Shown here: one piece after another, positions 49,509 to 60,540 of the stretch | How positions within the stretch are numbered: the first letter of the stretch is position 1 | How the letters are laid out: each line of letters starts with the position of its first letter | IMG/VR virus record: IMGVR_UViG_3300038673_000510 | Span: 32,001-96,000 of that record | Length of the DNA stretch: 64,000 bases | DNA from: a virus | Lineage: Duplodnaviria; Caudoviricetes | Strand: one strand, 5' to 3' | Notes under the pieces: generated by a model | What the model was told of the DNA's origin: nothing | Database searches by the model: none | What the model saw: the letters and a program-made list of their open reading frames with translations, nothing else | Program-made: the position numbers and the translations under genes

Positions 49509-50707
49509 CTGTAATATATAATGAAGCAAATGTTCCGAAATTAAAATTAGGTAGTATTAAAAATATTGTTAATGCCGAAAATAAAAAATGGGGTAAAAAA
49601 TCTGCAGCATATCAAGTTATAAAAGAATTTACTGATTTAAATATGAGTGATATAGCTATTTATGCAGCAATTTATTTAAGTAGAATAAAACAAAAACCAA
49701 TGTGGACATTAGATGATTTAGTTGACCAGCTTACGCGAAAAGATTTTGTAGATGAAAATCTTGTGCACTTTTTAGAGAAGTCACCCAAGTTTGAAGGACT
49801 TGATGATAGCGAGAAAAAAGAAAAAGCACTTTTAATCGCACAAAGTATTGCTGATAGTGAAGCTGATATTATTAACATTGTTAATGAACACATCATGGCT
49901 TCATCAGCACAAACAAATAGAACATTAGCACATCAACTTACTCCTGGTCAATTAAAACAAATGTTGACCGTTATTACAAAAATTATTTCTACATTGCAAA
50001 AGATGTATGGAGATGATAAAGAAATAACCAAATTAGTTGATTCAATTGTTTGGTATACTGATTCTAAAAAAAGTACATCAGTTTGGTTTAATACATTTCT
50101 TAGAGATTTAGGTGCTCATCTTGGATTAGCACTTAGAGATATAAGAGACATGAAAAAAGAAAAAGGGACTTCTGAAAAAGAATTTGCTATTCTTAATTCA
50201 CTTCAAAAACAATTCGAAGGCTATCAAGTAGATTTTAATGAATATGAAGCAATGAATATTCTTTGGCCAGAAAGTGAAAATGACATCAAAGGTATCTCTG
50301 GACTTAAACAATATTTTGTTGAAATTGAAGCATATAGAACTAAAGCCAAAACAATTATTACAAAATATATGAAAATGAAAGATAAACTTATGAAAGTCGA
50401 ATCTGAAGATGAAGAAGATAATGTAGCCATTAAAGCTTCTGAATGGTCTGATATTCGCGTTAAGATGCTTGTTAAAAAAACAATTAAAGATAATTATAAT
50501 GAATTATTAACAGCTGATCTTGAAGATAGATCTAATTTTGTTAACAAGAAAGCTGCCGAATTATTACAAACACGAAAAGGACTTGAAGCATTTATGTCAC
50601 AAAATAATCATGATCCAGAAAGTGAACTTGCTGGATTGCTTGCTAAAGCAATTGTTAATCCAAATACCAACAAAGGACGTCCAGCGGATGTTAAAGAGGA
50701 AATATAA
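49505..50707 (+). CDS. hypothetical virion-module protein
   Basis: MTVIYNE leader; helical. Confidence 0.6.
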   Translation: MTVIYNEANVPKLKLGSIKNIVNAENKKWGKKSAAYQVIKEFTDLNMSDIAIYAAIYLSRIKQKPMWTLDDLVDQLTRKDFVDENLVHFLEKSPKFEGLDDSEKKEKALLIAQSIADSEADIINIVNEHIMASSAQTNRTLAHQLTPGQLKQMLTVITKIISTLQKMYGDDKEITKLVDSIVWYTDSKKSTSVWFNTFLRDLGAHLGLALRDIRDMKKEKGTSEKEFAILNSLQKQFEGYQVDFNEYEAMNILWPESENDIKGISGLKQYFVEIEAYRTKAKTIITKYMKMKDKLMKVESEDEEDNVAIKASEWSDIRVKMLVKKTIKDNYNELLTADLEDRSNFVNKKAAELLQTRKGLEAFMSQNNHDPESELAGLLAKAIVNPNTNKGRPADVKEEI

Positions 50708-50776
50708 TTATGTTTGATTTGCCAATTTGTATATTAGAATTTGGCTTCAAAAAAAACAAATTATTAAGGATATAAT

Positions 50777-51541
50777 ATGAGTTACGTAGAACAGAGAGTA
50801 GATGGTCCATCATATACTGGAAAATTTCAACCAATAAAAGATTATATTCTATTTAGTCTTGGTTATCCATTGGTGCGAATAGAATTGGAAGATAGACATC
50901 TTACATTAGCGATAATTGATGCTATTACATTATGGTATAAGAAAGCTGGAACCATAGAATATTCTTATAGAAAAGTTATTCCTAATGGAAACATAGTAAC
51001 TATTCCGGCTGATATACGTCCAGTAACTATTAAGGATGTTTTATTTCAACCTACGCTTGTTGATAGTTTTAATAGAGGACTTATAATGTCTGGTGACGAA
51101 GATGTATTAGGTAAATATGTTTTTCCTCAACAATCATTTAATAATCTTCTTGATAACTTTGATATGGTTGGATATTTTATGTTTACACAGCGACTTGAAG
51201 ATTTTAAAAAGATTGTTGGAATTGATAGATTCTGGGATATAATGAATGGACAGATTATACTTTATCCAGCTGAAGCTTCTTTTAGCGAAGTGGCAATTGT
51301 ATATCGCGCTCTCCCAGAAGAAATAGAAATTAACTCAGAACAGTGGATAAAAGAATATGCACTTGCCAAAGCAAAACACATGCTTGCTACTGTTCGTGGT
51401 AAAATGACCGGATTTCAAGCTGCTGGTGGTAATTTAGCTGGTGATGCAGACACATTAAGATCTGAAGCAAAAGAAGAAATGCAAAATCTTCGTCAGGAAC
51501 TTGATGGACTTCAGCGTCCTTTAGCGATATTCCAATGTTAA
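50777..51541 (+). CDS. neck protein (T4 gp13-like)
   Basis: IKDYILFSLGYPLVRIEL, WIKEYALAKAK.ML..VRGK, EAKEEM. Confidence 0.85.
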   Translation: MSYVEQRVDGPSYTGKFQPIKDYILFSLGYPLVRIELEDRHLTLAIIDAITLWYKKAGTIEYSYRKVIPNGNIVTIPADIRPVTIKDVLFQPTLVDSFNRGLIMSGDEDVLGKYVFPQQSFNNLLDNFDMVGYFMFTQRLEDFKKIVGIDRFWDIMNGQIILYPAEASFSEVAIVYRALPEEIEINSEQWIKEYALAKAKHMLATVRGKMTGFQAAGGNLAGDADTLRSEAKEEMQNLRQELDGLQRPLAIFQC

Positions 51542-53055
51542 AGAGGATTAATATTATGGATATATTTGAAGCACCACGTGTACGACAAACAGATACTGGC
51601 GCTGGAGTGAAAACTACTGCCAAACAGTTACGGCCTAATAATGCACCAGATACAACAGCGACAGATAATACAGCTAAACCAAAACAAGAAAAAACCAAGG
51701 TTGATTTATTATGGGGAGCTGAATTAAAAGCCATATTAAGTACACAAACTAACGACAACTATAATAATTATTTAAAAAGTATAGTTAATAATTTGGGAAG
51801 CCAAAAAGATCAATTAGTTGAACATATGGTTGATGCATATATTCGTGAAGCTTCCCGTGGAAATATTCCATATAAATATATAAACAATGGTGAACTTATA
51901 TCAAAAAAAGCAAAAGAGATAAGTCCACGTAATGAAGAAAATACTATAAAAAAATCAAAAGAATATGCGTCACAAAAATTACACGAGCAATTTGATAATA
52001 TTTTAAAAATGACACCAGAAGATTTTTTAAAAAGTTTTCTTGATAAATCTAAAGGTTATGATGTTAATCATATTGAAACAGCATGTCAGCATTGGGATAT
52101 TAATTTTTCTGATAAAATAACACGCGAAAGAGCAACATTTTTTCTTACTGCAGTTAATGATAATACTAATGGAAAGTATTTAAATGATTTACAAGCTTTA
52201 CATAAAGTTTTTGGTGAAGCTATAGAAAAAGAAGAAAACGGCGGAAGTTCAGGAGATTTTGTCTCTATTATACAAAATCTTGAATCCAAGTCTAAAGCCA
52301 ATTATGATGCGGTTGTAACCAGTACAAAAAATATTTTAACAACTGCACAGCCTAAGATTGATGAACAGATTAAGAATATTCAAGCTCAATTAGGTGCACA
52401 AGCTAACAATAAAATAAAAAATAGTCCAGATCAAAAAAAGAATAATCAAGCGGTTCAAAATGTTATTGGTGTGTTTGCTATGTATACTTTTTTAGCTATT
52501 ATTTCATCTGTATCAATGTATGAAACTCAGGCGCATACTGAAAGTTGGACCCGGCTTAATAGCGAAATGATAAAACTTTATAATGAGGGATTATCAGATG
52601 CTGCTAATGCTATTAAGAAAATTAAATATACTCAATTTCAACTTGGCAAACCTTATTTAACAATGGCAGATGCACTAAAAGATTTTGATAATATTATTAG
52701 AACTATTCTGACAAAACCAGAATTACTTAATAGTACATTAGAAACACTTAAGTCTCAAGGATTAGTGAATGATGCTGCAATACAAAAAGTAATTAATGAT
52801 AAGGGATTGCCTAAAAAGATTATGCCAAATAGTTTACAAAAAGCAATTGCTGATCTTAATAGAAACTTTACAAACGATAAAGTTATTAATGCGATAGTTC
52901 AAGATATATACAATAAAGCTGGAATTAAGCAAACTAAAGCAGCAAAGCTTGGCGAAAAATTAGGTAATGCCGCAAAAAATGTTGTTAATGTTCTTGCGGC
53001 TGCGGCGCCAAAACATAAAGCAGGAGGAAATACTGATGCCGTTCAGACCAACTAA
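51535..53055 (+). CDS. hypothetical virion-module protein (likely start 51556, MDIFE)
   Basis: Long ORF in structural operon. Confidence 0.6.
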   Translation: MLKRINIMDIFEAPRVRQTDTGAGVKTTAKQLRPNNAPDTTATDNTAKPKQEKTKVDLLWGAELKAILSTQTNDNYNNYLKSIVNNLGSQKDQLVEHMVDAYIREASRGNIPYKYINNGELISKKAKEISPRNEENTIKKSKEYASQKLHEQFDNILKMTPEDFLKSFLDKSKGYDVNHIETACQHWDINFSDKITRERATFFLTAVNDNTNGKYLNDLQALHKVFGEAIEKEENGGSSGDFVSIIQNLESKSKANYDAVVTSTKNILTTAQPKIDEQIKNIQAQLGAQANNKIKNSPDQKKNNQAVQNVIGVFAMYTFLAIISSVSMYETQAHTESWTRLNSEMIKLYNEGLSDAANAIKKIKYTQFQLGKPYLTMADALKDFDNIIRTILTKPELLNSTLETLKSQGLVNDAAIQKVINDKGLPKKIMPNSLQKAIADLNRNFTNDKVINAIVQDIYNKAGIKQTKAAKLGEKLGNAAKNVVNVLAAAAPKHKAGGNTDAVQTN

Positions 53056-53584
53056 AATAACAATGTTTGAACCTTCCAATCCGGAATATTCTCTTGTTGA
53101 TACTATGATGGCTGAAAAAATTACAGCTTATTCACCTGAAGTATATTGGTGGTCTCAAATAAGAGATGACGAAACTGGTGCGGCAACAAGAGATGAATTG
53201 GATAAGGTTTATGGAGAAAAGAGTTCTGGAGATGGTTATATAAATTATATAGGCCCAAAAGAAGTAAAATCAATTTTAGAACTTAATCCAATTGTGGCCG
53301 AATTTACAAGACTTGGACTTCAGCAAATAGAAGAAGTTGAAATTTATGTAAATATTGCGGCTATGGATTATTATCTTGATGGACGTTCGCCGAAGTCTGG
53401 TGATATATTAAGAGTATCATGGATTGTTACGGAAACACAAAGACGCTTTGTATTTTATAAAGTATCTAATGTAACTCCAGTTGATCCATATAATTTCAGA
53501 TATATAAATTGGCACATACATGCTGAGCAAGAAATGCTTCATGATGCGCCAGATAGCATTAAACAATTTGCACAAAGCATGTAA
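53036..53584 (+). CDS. neck/head-completion protein (T4 gp14-like)
   Basis: LDKVYGE, PKSGDIL, FYKVSNV; AGGAGG SD supports start 53036. Confidence 0.7.
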   Translation: MPFRPTKITMFEPSNPEYSLVDTMMAEKITAYSPEVYWWSQIRDDETGAATRDELDKVYGEKSSGDGYINYIGPKEVKSILELNPIVAEFTRLGLQQIEEVEIYVNIAAMDYYLDGRSPKSGDILRVSWIVTETQRRFVFYKVSNVTPVDPYNFRYINWHIHAEQEMLHDAPDSIKQFAQSM

Positions 53585-53650
53585 AAATTTATAAAACTTA
53601 TTATTGAGTTTTGTAATATACTATATAGCAATTAAACATGGAGAATAATA

Positions 53651-54538
53651 ATGAAACAATCCGAATTAAAACAAACAGTAGATCAGATGTATCTTGAAGG
53701 ACTTAGCAAGTCTATTAAAAGAAGTGGTATTAAAACATCTGCTCAACAACGCTATGAAGAAGCCAATGGAGAAAAACTTATAAGTAGTGCTGTATCTAAA
53801 ATAAAACAAACTAAACAAGTTCAAAGTTTTATTGAAGAACTTCAAAATGGTGGAGAAACTGTTATCAATAATTATAAAGCTGCTTTTGAGAGCGTTAAAC
53901 CCGCAAGAGGATCAATAGAAGAAATTGTTGGTAAAGTTATTAAGTCTGTTGGGAAACTTAATGATAGCATGATTGCTACATTAAACAAGCAACTTGATGT
54001 TATGTTTAAGCCATCTTTTCAATCTGTTGCTACATTTGAAAGTATGAACAAAGATAAATTTAAAAAACTTTGGGCAGAGGATGATAATGTAGATATGAAC
54101 ACTGGTGACACTTCTATGACTCAAGATGGCGATGGCGGCGCAGACGATCAAAAAGATTTTGATGATGAATCAGGCGAAGGAGATATTGATCCTGAGAATA
54201 AAGACGCTATGGATGAAGCCGATGAAATCCTTGGACAAATTGATCTTGTTTCTCTTTCTAATGGCGTTCGTCTTGAACTTATTGAAGCTATAATTGATAG
54301 CGCGCAGAACGCTCCAGACGATGCTATGGACAATGAAGCAAATGATGATGATTTCTCAAATTTTATGCAGTCAATTGCTGATCTTGTTGATAGTTTCCGC
54401 TATGAAGGAGAGGAAGAAGGAGAAGAAGGTTTTGATGACTTAGACGGAGATACTGGCGAAGGTTCTACCGACGATTTAGGTACTGACGATTTAGGTGCTG
54501 GAGATGAAGCAACTGGTACTGAAGAACCTCAGGTTTAA
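53651..54538 (+). CDS. very acidic hypothetical virion/prohead protein
   Basis: QMYLEG near N-terminus; D/E/G-rich C-half. Confidence 0.6.
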   Translation: MKQSELKQTVDQMYLEGLSKSIKRSGIKTSAQQRYEEANGEKLISSAVSKIKQTKQVQSFIEELQNGGETVINNYKAAFESVKPARGSIEEIVGKVIKSVGKLNDSMIATLNKQLDVMFKPSFQSVATFESMNKDKFKKLWAEDDNVDMNTGDTSMTQDGDGGADDQKDFDDESGEGDIDPENKDAMDEADEILGQIDLVSLSNGVRLELIEAIIDSAQNAPDDAMDNEANDDDFSNFMQSIADLVDSFRYEGEEEGEEGFDDLDGDTGEGSTDDLGTDDLGAGDEATGTEEPQV

Positions 54539-54540
54539 TT

Positions 54541-55500
54541 ATGTTAAAATTTGCAACTAAAGAAATACAAAGAGAGTTTGCTCCTTATGTTGAAGAAGTA
54601 TCAAGGGAGCAAATTCTTAATCAATTAGATGATATATCTAATTTTATGGCATTTGCCGCTGACTTCATAAAAAATAATGATATGGCGTCAGCGGAACGTG
54701 CATCTATGCAGGCAATTATGAAGATGCAAAGTTTAATGACTTCTCTGCGTGGTGGACAACAATAATGGAAATAAAAGATGGACCTGCTGGCGAAAAACAA
54801 ATAAATATTGCTATCGCCAATTTATTAGATAAAATTGCCAGTCAAAGTGTAAAAGAAAAAGTTGAACATATAGAAAAAGTTTATAATGAACAATATAAAA
54901 AAGATTTTGAAACTGCTACACTTATAAATGATGCTCCAAAGTCTGGGGAACTTTCTTATATTAAAACAAAAGTTAACGTAGAAATGAAAACTCAAGTGTA
55001 TAATAAAGAAGGACACATAGAGATTAAGGCAAAAACTCACGCAGATTTATTAACATTAAAATCTCAAGATATTGGAACTGGTGATATTGCTAACGAAGAA
55101 GTTCTTGACAAATTTGGTATTGAAACTAAAAAAGCCAAAAAGAATGAGTTATCAAAATGGTATATGAATCCACGATATCATTTAACTAATTTTAAAAGAT
55201 TTTTAAGGGGATAATATGACGGTGAAGTTTAATAATACAAAATCATTAAAACGAATTAATGAAGATAAAATTGGTGGTATAAAAAGTGGTGTAACAGAAA
55301 TTTTCAAATATGTTAATAAACTTACACATTTAAATCATCAAGAAATTATCACAGCCGCAAATAGACTAAGAGCTATCGTTAGTGAAACGAATGATGAACT
55401 TGAAATTAAAAAAGCAATAGAAAACTTTCAACGACAAATAGAGATTTCTTTAGATAACATAACCAACACAATAATTGCATTAAAGAAAGTTAGGGATTAA
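54541..55500 (+). other. three hypothetical ORFs (54541, 54765, 55216)
   Basis: ORF track, coupled stops/starts. Confidence 0.6.
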
Positions 55501-55506
55501 AATTAT

Positions 55507-56298
55507 ATGGCAGAAACTCAAACAACTTTTGGAGCTAAACAAGAACCATTATTTGAATATTTTTTGTTCGGCATATATATCATAGAATTAGGACGTTTTT
55601 TTAAAGGTATATTTAATAATTTTCAATTAACTCCGGATCATGATCCTCAAAGTGCACAAGTATATTTTGGAGCACCACGTGCTGCATTTAGATATTATAT
55701 GGAAGCATTTAATGGAATGATAAAACTTCCAATGATAAACTATAATATATCTAATGCTGAACGTAAACCGGATCAAGAAAAAATTGTTTATCTTTCTGCT
55801 CGTAGTAATGATTTAAGTAATCCATCATCTATGGGTTCTATCATGCGTTTTCCTTCCATTTACGAAATAACATATCAAGTAGATATATGGACCAACAATC
55901 TTCGCGAAAGAGATTTTATGATGCATAAACTAATCAATAAAATGCCGATGGGTGGAAACGCATGGTTAACATATTATCCCGATAAAATCAATTATCCTGA
56001 TGTATATTTACCTATGTCACATAGACTTGATTTAACTTTCAAAGATGAAACCGAATTGGATAATCTTGATATAAAAGAAAGTAGAGATAGAATCAGAACA
56101 TCATGTTCTATTGTATGTACAAGAGCTTTTGTTCCTTACGATGTATATAGTGTTCCAATGGTTGCTTGGGTTGGGTTTGAAAGTTATATCAATACTGTGA
56201 ATGGCAATCAGATGCCAGATTATGATGTTAAAGCTCAGGGCATGGCAGTTGAAACTGCTCTTATAGATATAGGATTAAGTGCAATAAATAACACTTAA
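55507..56298 (+). CDS. tail sheath stabiliser/terminator (T4 gp15-like)
   Basis: IKLPMINY, PSIYEITYQVDIWT; position before sheath. Confidence 0.7.
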   Translation: MAETQTTFGAKQEPLFEYFLFGIYIIELGRFFKGIFNNFQLTPDHDPQSAQVYFGAPRAAFRYYMEAFNGMIKLPMINYNISNAERKPDQEKIVYLSARSNDLSNPSSMGSIMRFPSIYEITYQVDIWTNNLRERDFMMHKLINKMPMGGNAWLTYYPDKINYPDVYLPMSHRLDLTFKDETELDNLDIKESRDRIRTSCSIVCTRAFVPYDVYSVPMVAWVGFESYINTVNGNQMPDYDVKAQGMAVETALIDIGLSAINNT

Positions 56299-56368
56299 AT
56301 AAAAAATTTTTATATTTTTTCAAGTCATTTTGTAATATAAATAATGATAATAATTCGGAGGAACGAAC

Positions 56369-56545
56369 GTGGCTAAATACAATATCATCGGAAACAGCTA
56401 TCAATCAATAAGTACAGTTGTAAATGAAAAGATGTTTTATACTCCTAAAAAAGGACAGAATAAAACTATCGAAGTTGATAGTCTGCCAAAGACACTAATC
56501 GATTTGAGAGACAAAAATCTCATTATCATTAAAGAAATAAAGTAA
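56369..56545 (+). CDS. small protein upstream of sheath (58 aa, absent from ORF track)
   Basis: GGAGGA SD + GTG; MAKYNIIGNSYQSIST...LIIIKEIK*. Confidence 0.6.
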   Translation: MAKYNIIGNSYQSISTVVNEKMFYTPKKGQNKTIEVDSLPKTLIDLRDKNLIIIKEIK

Positions 56546-56558
56546 AAGGAGATAAATC

Positions 56559-59504
56559 ATGGCTGAATCCTTAACAGGAATGATAGGTAAATCATTTGAA
56601 TATGAAGAAAGAGCCAAAGTAAAAACTGTTCAAGATACTATTACTGGAACAATTGGTGCTTTTATTGGATGCGCAACTTGGGGTCCAATAAATGTTCCCA
56701 CTCAAGTAACAGATTTTGAAAGCACATTTGGTACACCTCTTGTAAAGGCCGACGGAGTAGATTATTCTGGACAAGCAGCAGTACACACTCTTAGATATAC
56801 ACCGTTTTGTTGGTTCACTCGTGTGACTAACGGTCTTGAAAACAAAGCGCAATACAATATTATAAAAGCTGCAGTGCCAGCACAAATTGAAGGAACTAAA
56901 GATCTTCAAGACGTAAGTTATGTAGTATATGAAGCTGATACTAAAATATATGCAACTGATTATAATAAAAATAATTCGCTAAAATTTAACGTAATTACTC
57001 CAGCGGGAAGTTCACCTAAGGATGTTGTTCTGGATGGTACTGCTGGTTGTACATCAATTGTAAGTGAAGTAACACTTCCAACAGATCAAGATTATGTTAG
57101 TGGAAAATGTGGTAGTTCTACTGTTCGTGGAACATGGAATTATGCAATAGGTGATTCACTTACTTTTGTAATTGATGGTATCACTTATAAATATGTAGTA
57201 AAACAGGAACTCGCAGATGGTTCTATGGACCCAGATAAACCTGATTTTACAAATCTTTTAGTACCTGCTACTGGAGATTATGGATCAAAATATATTGGTT
57301 CTGTAGCTATAGCAGCTTCTTTCAATGGAACATTTTCTCTTCCTGATACGCCTGCAATTCCTGCTGCGTTTTCTGGAACGTTCCTTGTAGGTGGAGTTGC
57401 TGGTACATCTGTTGAAATTGAAGCTGATGTTGCTGGTGTTGCTGGAAATAAAACAGTAACCGGTAACGGCACTGACACTCTTACTGTTCTTGTTGGAGCT
57501 GGTTATACTATAGTTGGTGATGGTACTCAAATACCAGATAATGGAGTTCAAATCGCAATTGTTGGTGGTGCCGATATAGTTACAAATACATCAACATCTG
57601 TTTCGATTCTTGCTAACACAGCTGGTCTTGCTGGAAATAAAGTTGTAACAGGTAATGGTACCGATACTCTTGCTACTCTTGTTGGAGCTGGTTATACAAT
57701 TACTGGTGATGGCACTCAGATTGTAAAAAGTGGTTCTACGGTAAATATTGCTGGTGGAGCAGACGCTGCTTCTTTAACTTGGGATGCTTATGTAGCTGCA
57801 ACTGCAGTAAACACTTATAAGAAAAGATTTATATATGCAGTAAAAAATCATATTATAATTCCTAAACTTGTTTCTTATTTTGGAAGCAATTTAACAACTC
57901 AAGAAAGATCCGATATTGCAGATGATCTTATTACGATTGTTGGAAATAATATTTCTTTAAATAGTATCAAAAAAGGACTTAATTCTGAAATTAAAATTTT
58001 CAGTATTCCTAAAATATATACAGCTACAAGTTCTAATCCATTAACAAGTATTGGTGCTAATACAGAATTTGCTGCTATTCAGACAGCTATTAATACTTAT
58101 CTTGGTGCCGATGCTTCTGTTTCACTTGATGAAAGCACATACTTCTTTAATTTCTTAAGCGCTAAAGCTGGTGATACTTATGGAATTGAAATTGTGGAAT
58201 CAGATGATGGTGTTGATAGTCTTTATGCATCACTTGGAATTAGTGCTTCTGGTATAGTATATGGAACTGATGCTGTTGCCGACGCAGGAACATTTATTGC
58301 AAAATATACTGGTTCAGAGGGTAACACAATTACGCTTACAAAAACAAAAGAAAGCGATGGATATTCACTCGCAATTTATTTCCAAGGATATTTAGTATCT
58401 TCTTTTTATAACTATAGTTATAATGTTGCTGATGCAAATTTCTTAGGCAAACTGATTGCTTCTGATAGTTCTGCAAGTAAAGTAATTTCTCTTGAAGTTC
58501 CTGCTGGCGTTACAAGTATTCCTTCTCTTGCTTATGGAAGTTTTGTTCTTGGTGGCGGTACCGATGGTATTTCTCCAATGCCAGGTGAAACAAAATACAA
58601 TGGCGCAATTGAAGAATATAAAAACGTTGACCTTTATGTAATAGATATGATTGTTGTTAGTGGACATACTTCTCAGTCTGTTCAATCTAAATTACAAGAA
58701 ATATGTGAATATAGAAAAGACTGTTTTACTGTTGTTGATGCGCCTGAGACTGTTGGTGGTCCTCAGAGCGTTGGTGGTAGTGTTGCAGCAATGATTCAGT
58801 GGCATAATGGAACTGGTGGTTATGGAAGAACAAAAGCTCTTGATAGTAAATTTGTTTCTACATACTTCCCATGGATTTCAATTCCTGATGGAACTACTGA
58901 TGCGGATAGTACATGGTATGCACCTTCTGTTCGTGTTGTTGGAACAATTGCAGCTTGTGATAAATCAAAAGGACATAGATTTGCAGCTCCAGCTGGAAAC
59001 GTAAATGCTCCTATTTCTTCTATCAATCATCTTGCACATTATTTAAGAGAAGATGATAAAAAAAGATTATATGCAGATGAGCTTGACAATAATATAAATC
59101 CACTTGTTTATACTACGACTCGCGGATTCTTTATTGATGGTCAGAAAAACTGTTTAAAAGGTGGAGGAGCATCAAGTCGTCTTAATGTTCTTAGAACAAG
59201 CCTTTATATTAAGAAAAGAATTTATGAACTTACTCCTAACTTCTTCTGGAAACCTTTAACAAAAGGAACTATGGATGATTTAGCGTTTGTACTTAGAACA
59301 ATAGGAACTTACCTATCTTCTAATGAAGTTCAAGCTATTAAACCTGACTTTACAGTTACTGTTGACCAATCAGTAAATACAGATACTACTGAAGCTCAAA
59401 GAGGTCTTATTGGAGTTTTTGAATGGACACCAGTAAGAAGCATTGAAAAGATTAAGGTTATCTCAATCATCAATGACCTTAAAGTTACAGTAACATACGC
59501 TTAA
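56559..59504 (+). CDS. tail sheath protein (gp18-like) with inserted domains
   Basis: GAFIGCATWGPINVPT, FGTP, AKYTGSEGN, GGGTDG, RKDCFTVVDAP, FAAPAG, INPL, RLNVLR. Confidence 0.93.
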   Translation: MAESLTGMIGKSFEYEERAKVKTVQDTITGTIGAFIGCATWGPINVPTQVTDFESTFGTPLVKADGVDYSGQAAVHTLRYTPFCWFTRVTNGLENKAQYNIIKAAVPAQIEGTKDLQDVSYVVYEADTKIYATDYNKNNSLKFNVITPAGSSPKDVVLDGTAGCTSIVSEVTLPTDQDYVSGKCGSSTVRGTWNYAIGDSLTFVIDGITYKYVVKQELADGSMDPDKPDFTNLLVPATGDYGSKYIGSVAIAASFNGTFSLPDTPAIPAAFSGTFLVGGVAGTSVEIEADVAGVAGNKTVTGNGTDTLTVLVGAGYTIVGDGTQIPDNGVQIAIVGGADIVTNTSTSVSILANTAGLAGNKVVTGNGTDTLATLVGAGYTITGDGTQIVKSGSTVNIAGGADAASLTWDAYVAATAVNTYKKRFIYAVKNHIIIPKLVSYFGSNLTTQERSDIADDLITIVGNNISLNSIKKGLNSEIKIFSIPKIYTATSSNPLTSIGANTEFAAIQTAINTYLGADASVSLDESTYFFNFLSAKAGDTYGIEIVESDDGVDSLYASLGISASGIVYGTDAVADAGTFIAKYTGSEGNTITLTKTKESDGYSLAIYFQGYLVSSFYNYSYNVADANFLGKLIASDSSASKVISLEVPAGVTSIPSLAYGSFVLGGGTDGISPMPGETKYNGAIEEYKNVDLYVIDMIVVSGHTSQSVQSKLQEICEYRKDCFTVVDAPETVGGPQSVGGSVAAMIQWHNGTGGYGRTKALDSKFVSTYFPWISIPDGTTDADSTWYAPSVRVVGTIAACDKSKGHRFAAPAGNVNAPISSINHLAHYLREDDKKRLYADELDNNINPLVYTTTRGFFIDGQKNCLKGGGASSRLNVLRTSLYIKKRIYELTPNFFWKPLTKGTMDDLAFVLRTIGTYLSSNEVQAIKPDFTVTVDQSVNTDTTEAQRGLIGVFEWTPVRSIEKIKVISIINDLKVTVTYA

Positions 59505-59526
59505 TAAGGAAATAGGAGATATATAA

Positions 59527-60279
59527 ATGAATATTTTTCAAATAAGAAATATTAGAAATAAACAAACTCTTAACAAAAACAGATTCACCTTAAAAATCGA
59601 TGGTATCAATGATTTGGTGACTGCTGCTAAGAATAGTAAACTGCCATGGATCCGTCATAGATACCTGGCAGTACGTCAAGCTCTTGGTGATGATATTGGG
59701 CAGTCTCTTGAATTATCACTTAAGAAAGTTAGTTTGCCTTCTGTTAAAATTGAAACAGCTGATATTGGTCGTTTCAATGATAGCATCAAAGCTCTTACTA
59801 AATTCGGGGCCATGGACGAAATGAGCGTTTCATTCTATGACTATGTTGATGGTAGTGCTTCAGCTATTATGCAATTATGGCATGCGTTCGTAGGTGATAA
59901 AAGAACTGGTGCAATTGGATTCAAACAAGACTTCGTAAAGAATGCTCACTTCTATGTATATGGTCCTGATGCTCCTGGTTATGAAGTTGTTACTTCTGGC
60001 GCAGATGAAAATGAAGGTACAGTTCTTGAAGTTCCCTGGTTACAGAAATATGAAATTTGGAATCTATTTCCTAATAGCATAAGTCTTGGAGAACACTCAG
60101 ATGACGCTGGTCCTCGTGAAATAGAATGTACTTTTATTCTTGATAACATCTTCCCAGTTGGTATTAGAGGTTATGGCGCTAATAATACTTATTCAGCGAT
60201 TCCTGCAACAGCAGATACATCACTTTATAAGCCTGGTGCCGATGAAGTTAAGTCGCCAACAATCGACGATCTTAAGTAA
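59527..60279 (+). CDS. tail tube protein (gp19-like)
   Basis: KNRF, KVSLPS, SFYDYVD, WNLFPNSISLGE; follows sheath. Confidence 0.8.
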   Translation: MNIFQIRNIRNKQTLNKNRFTLKIDGINDLVTAAKNSKLPWIRHRYLAVRQALGDDIGQSLELSLKKVSLPSVKIETADIGRFNDSIKALTKFGAMDEMSVSFYDYVDGSASAIMQLWHAFVGDKRTGAIGFKQDFVKNAHFYVYGPDAPGYEVVTSGADENEGTVLEVPWLQKYEIWNLFPNSISLGEHSDDAGPREIECTFILDNIFPVGIRGYGANNTYSAIPATADTSLYKPGADEVKSPTIDDLK

Positions 60280-60288
60280 TATGAAAAT

Positions 60289-60318
60289 AAAAAAAGGGGA
60301 CCATTGGTCCCCTTTTTT
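60289..60318. terminator. bidirectional terminator between convergent modules
   Basis: A-run + ggggacc/ggtcccc stem + T-run. Confidence 0.8.
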
Positions 60319-60540
60319 ATTGTGTTTTAGTTGAATCTATTTTTATTTGGCAACTGCATCCTATAGGTTGTGTGTTTGCTGAACTATGAAACATAGTTAT
60401 AAGGAACAAAAATATAATCATTGCAAGTGCAAGATTTTCTACTGTTAAAAATTTTTTTATTTTATTCTACATAGTGTATTAATATCCCAACAAAAATTAT
60501 ACAACCTATAGCAAATCCAATCCCGAATAAAAACAAATCT

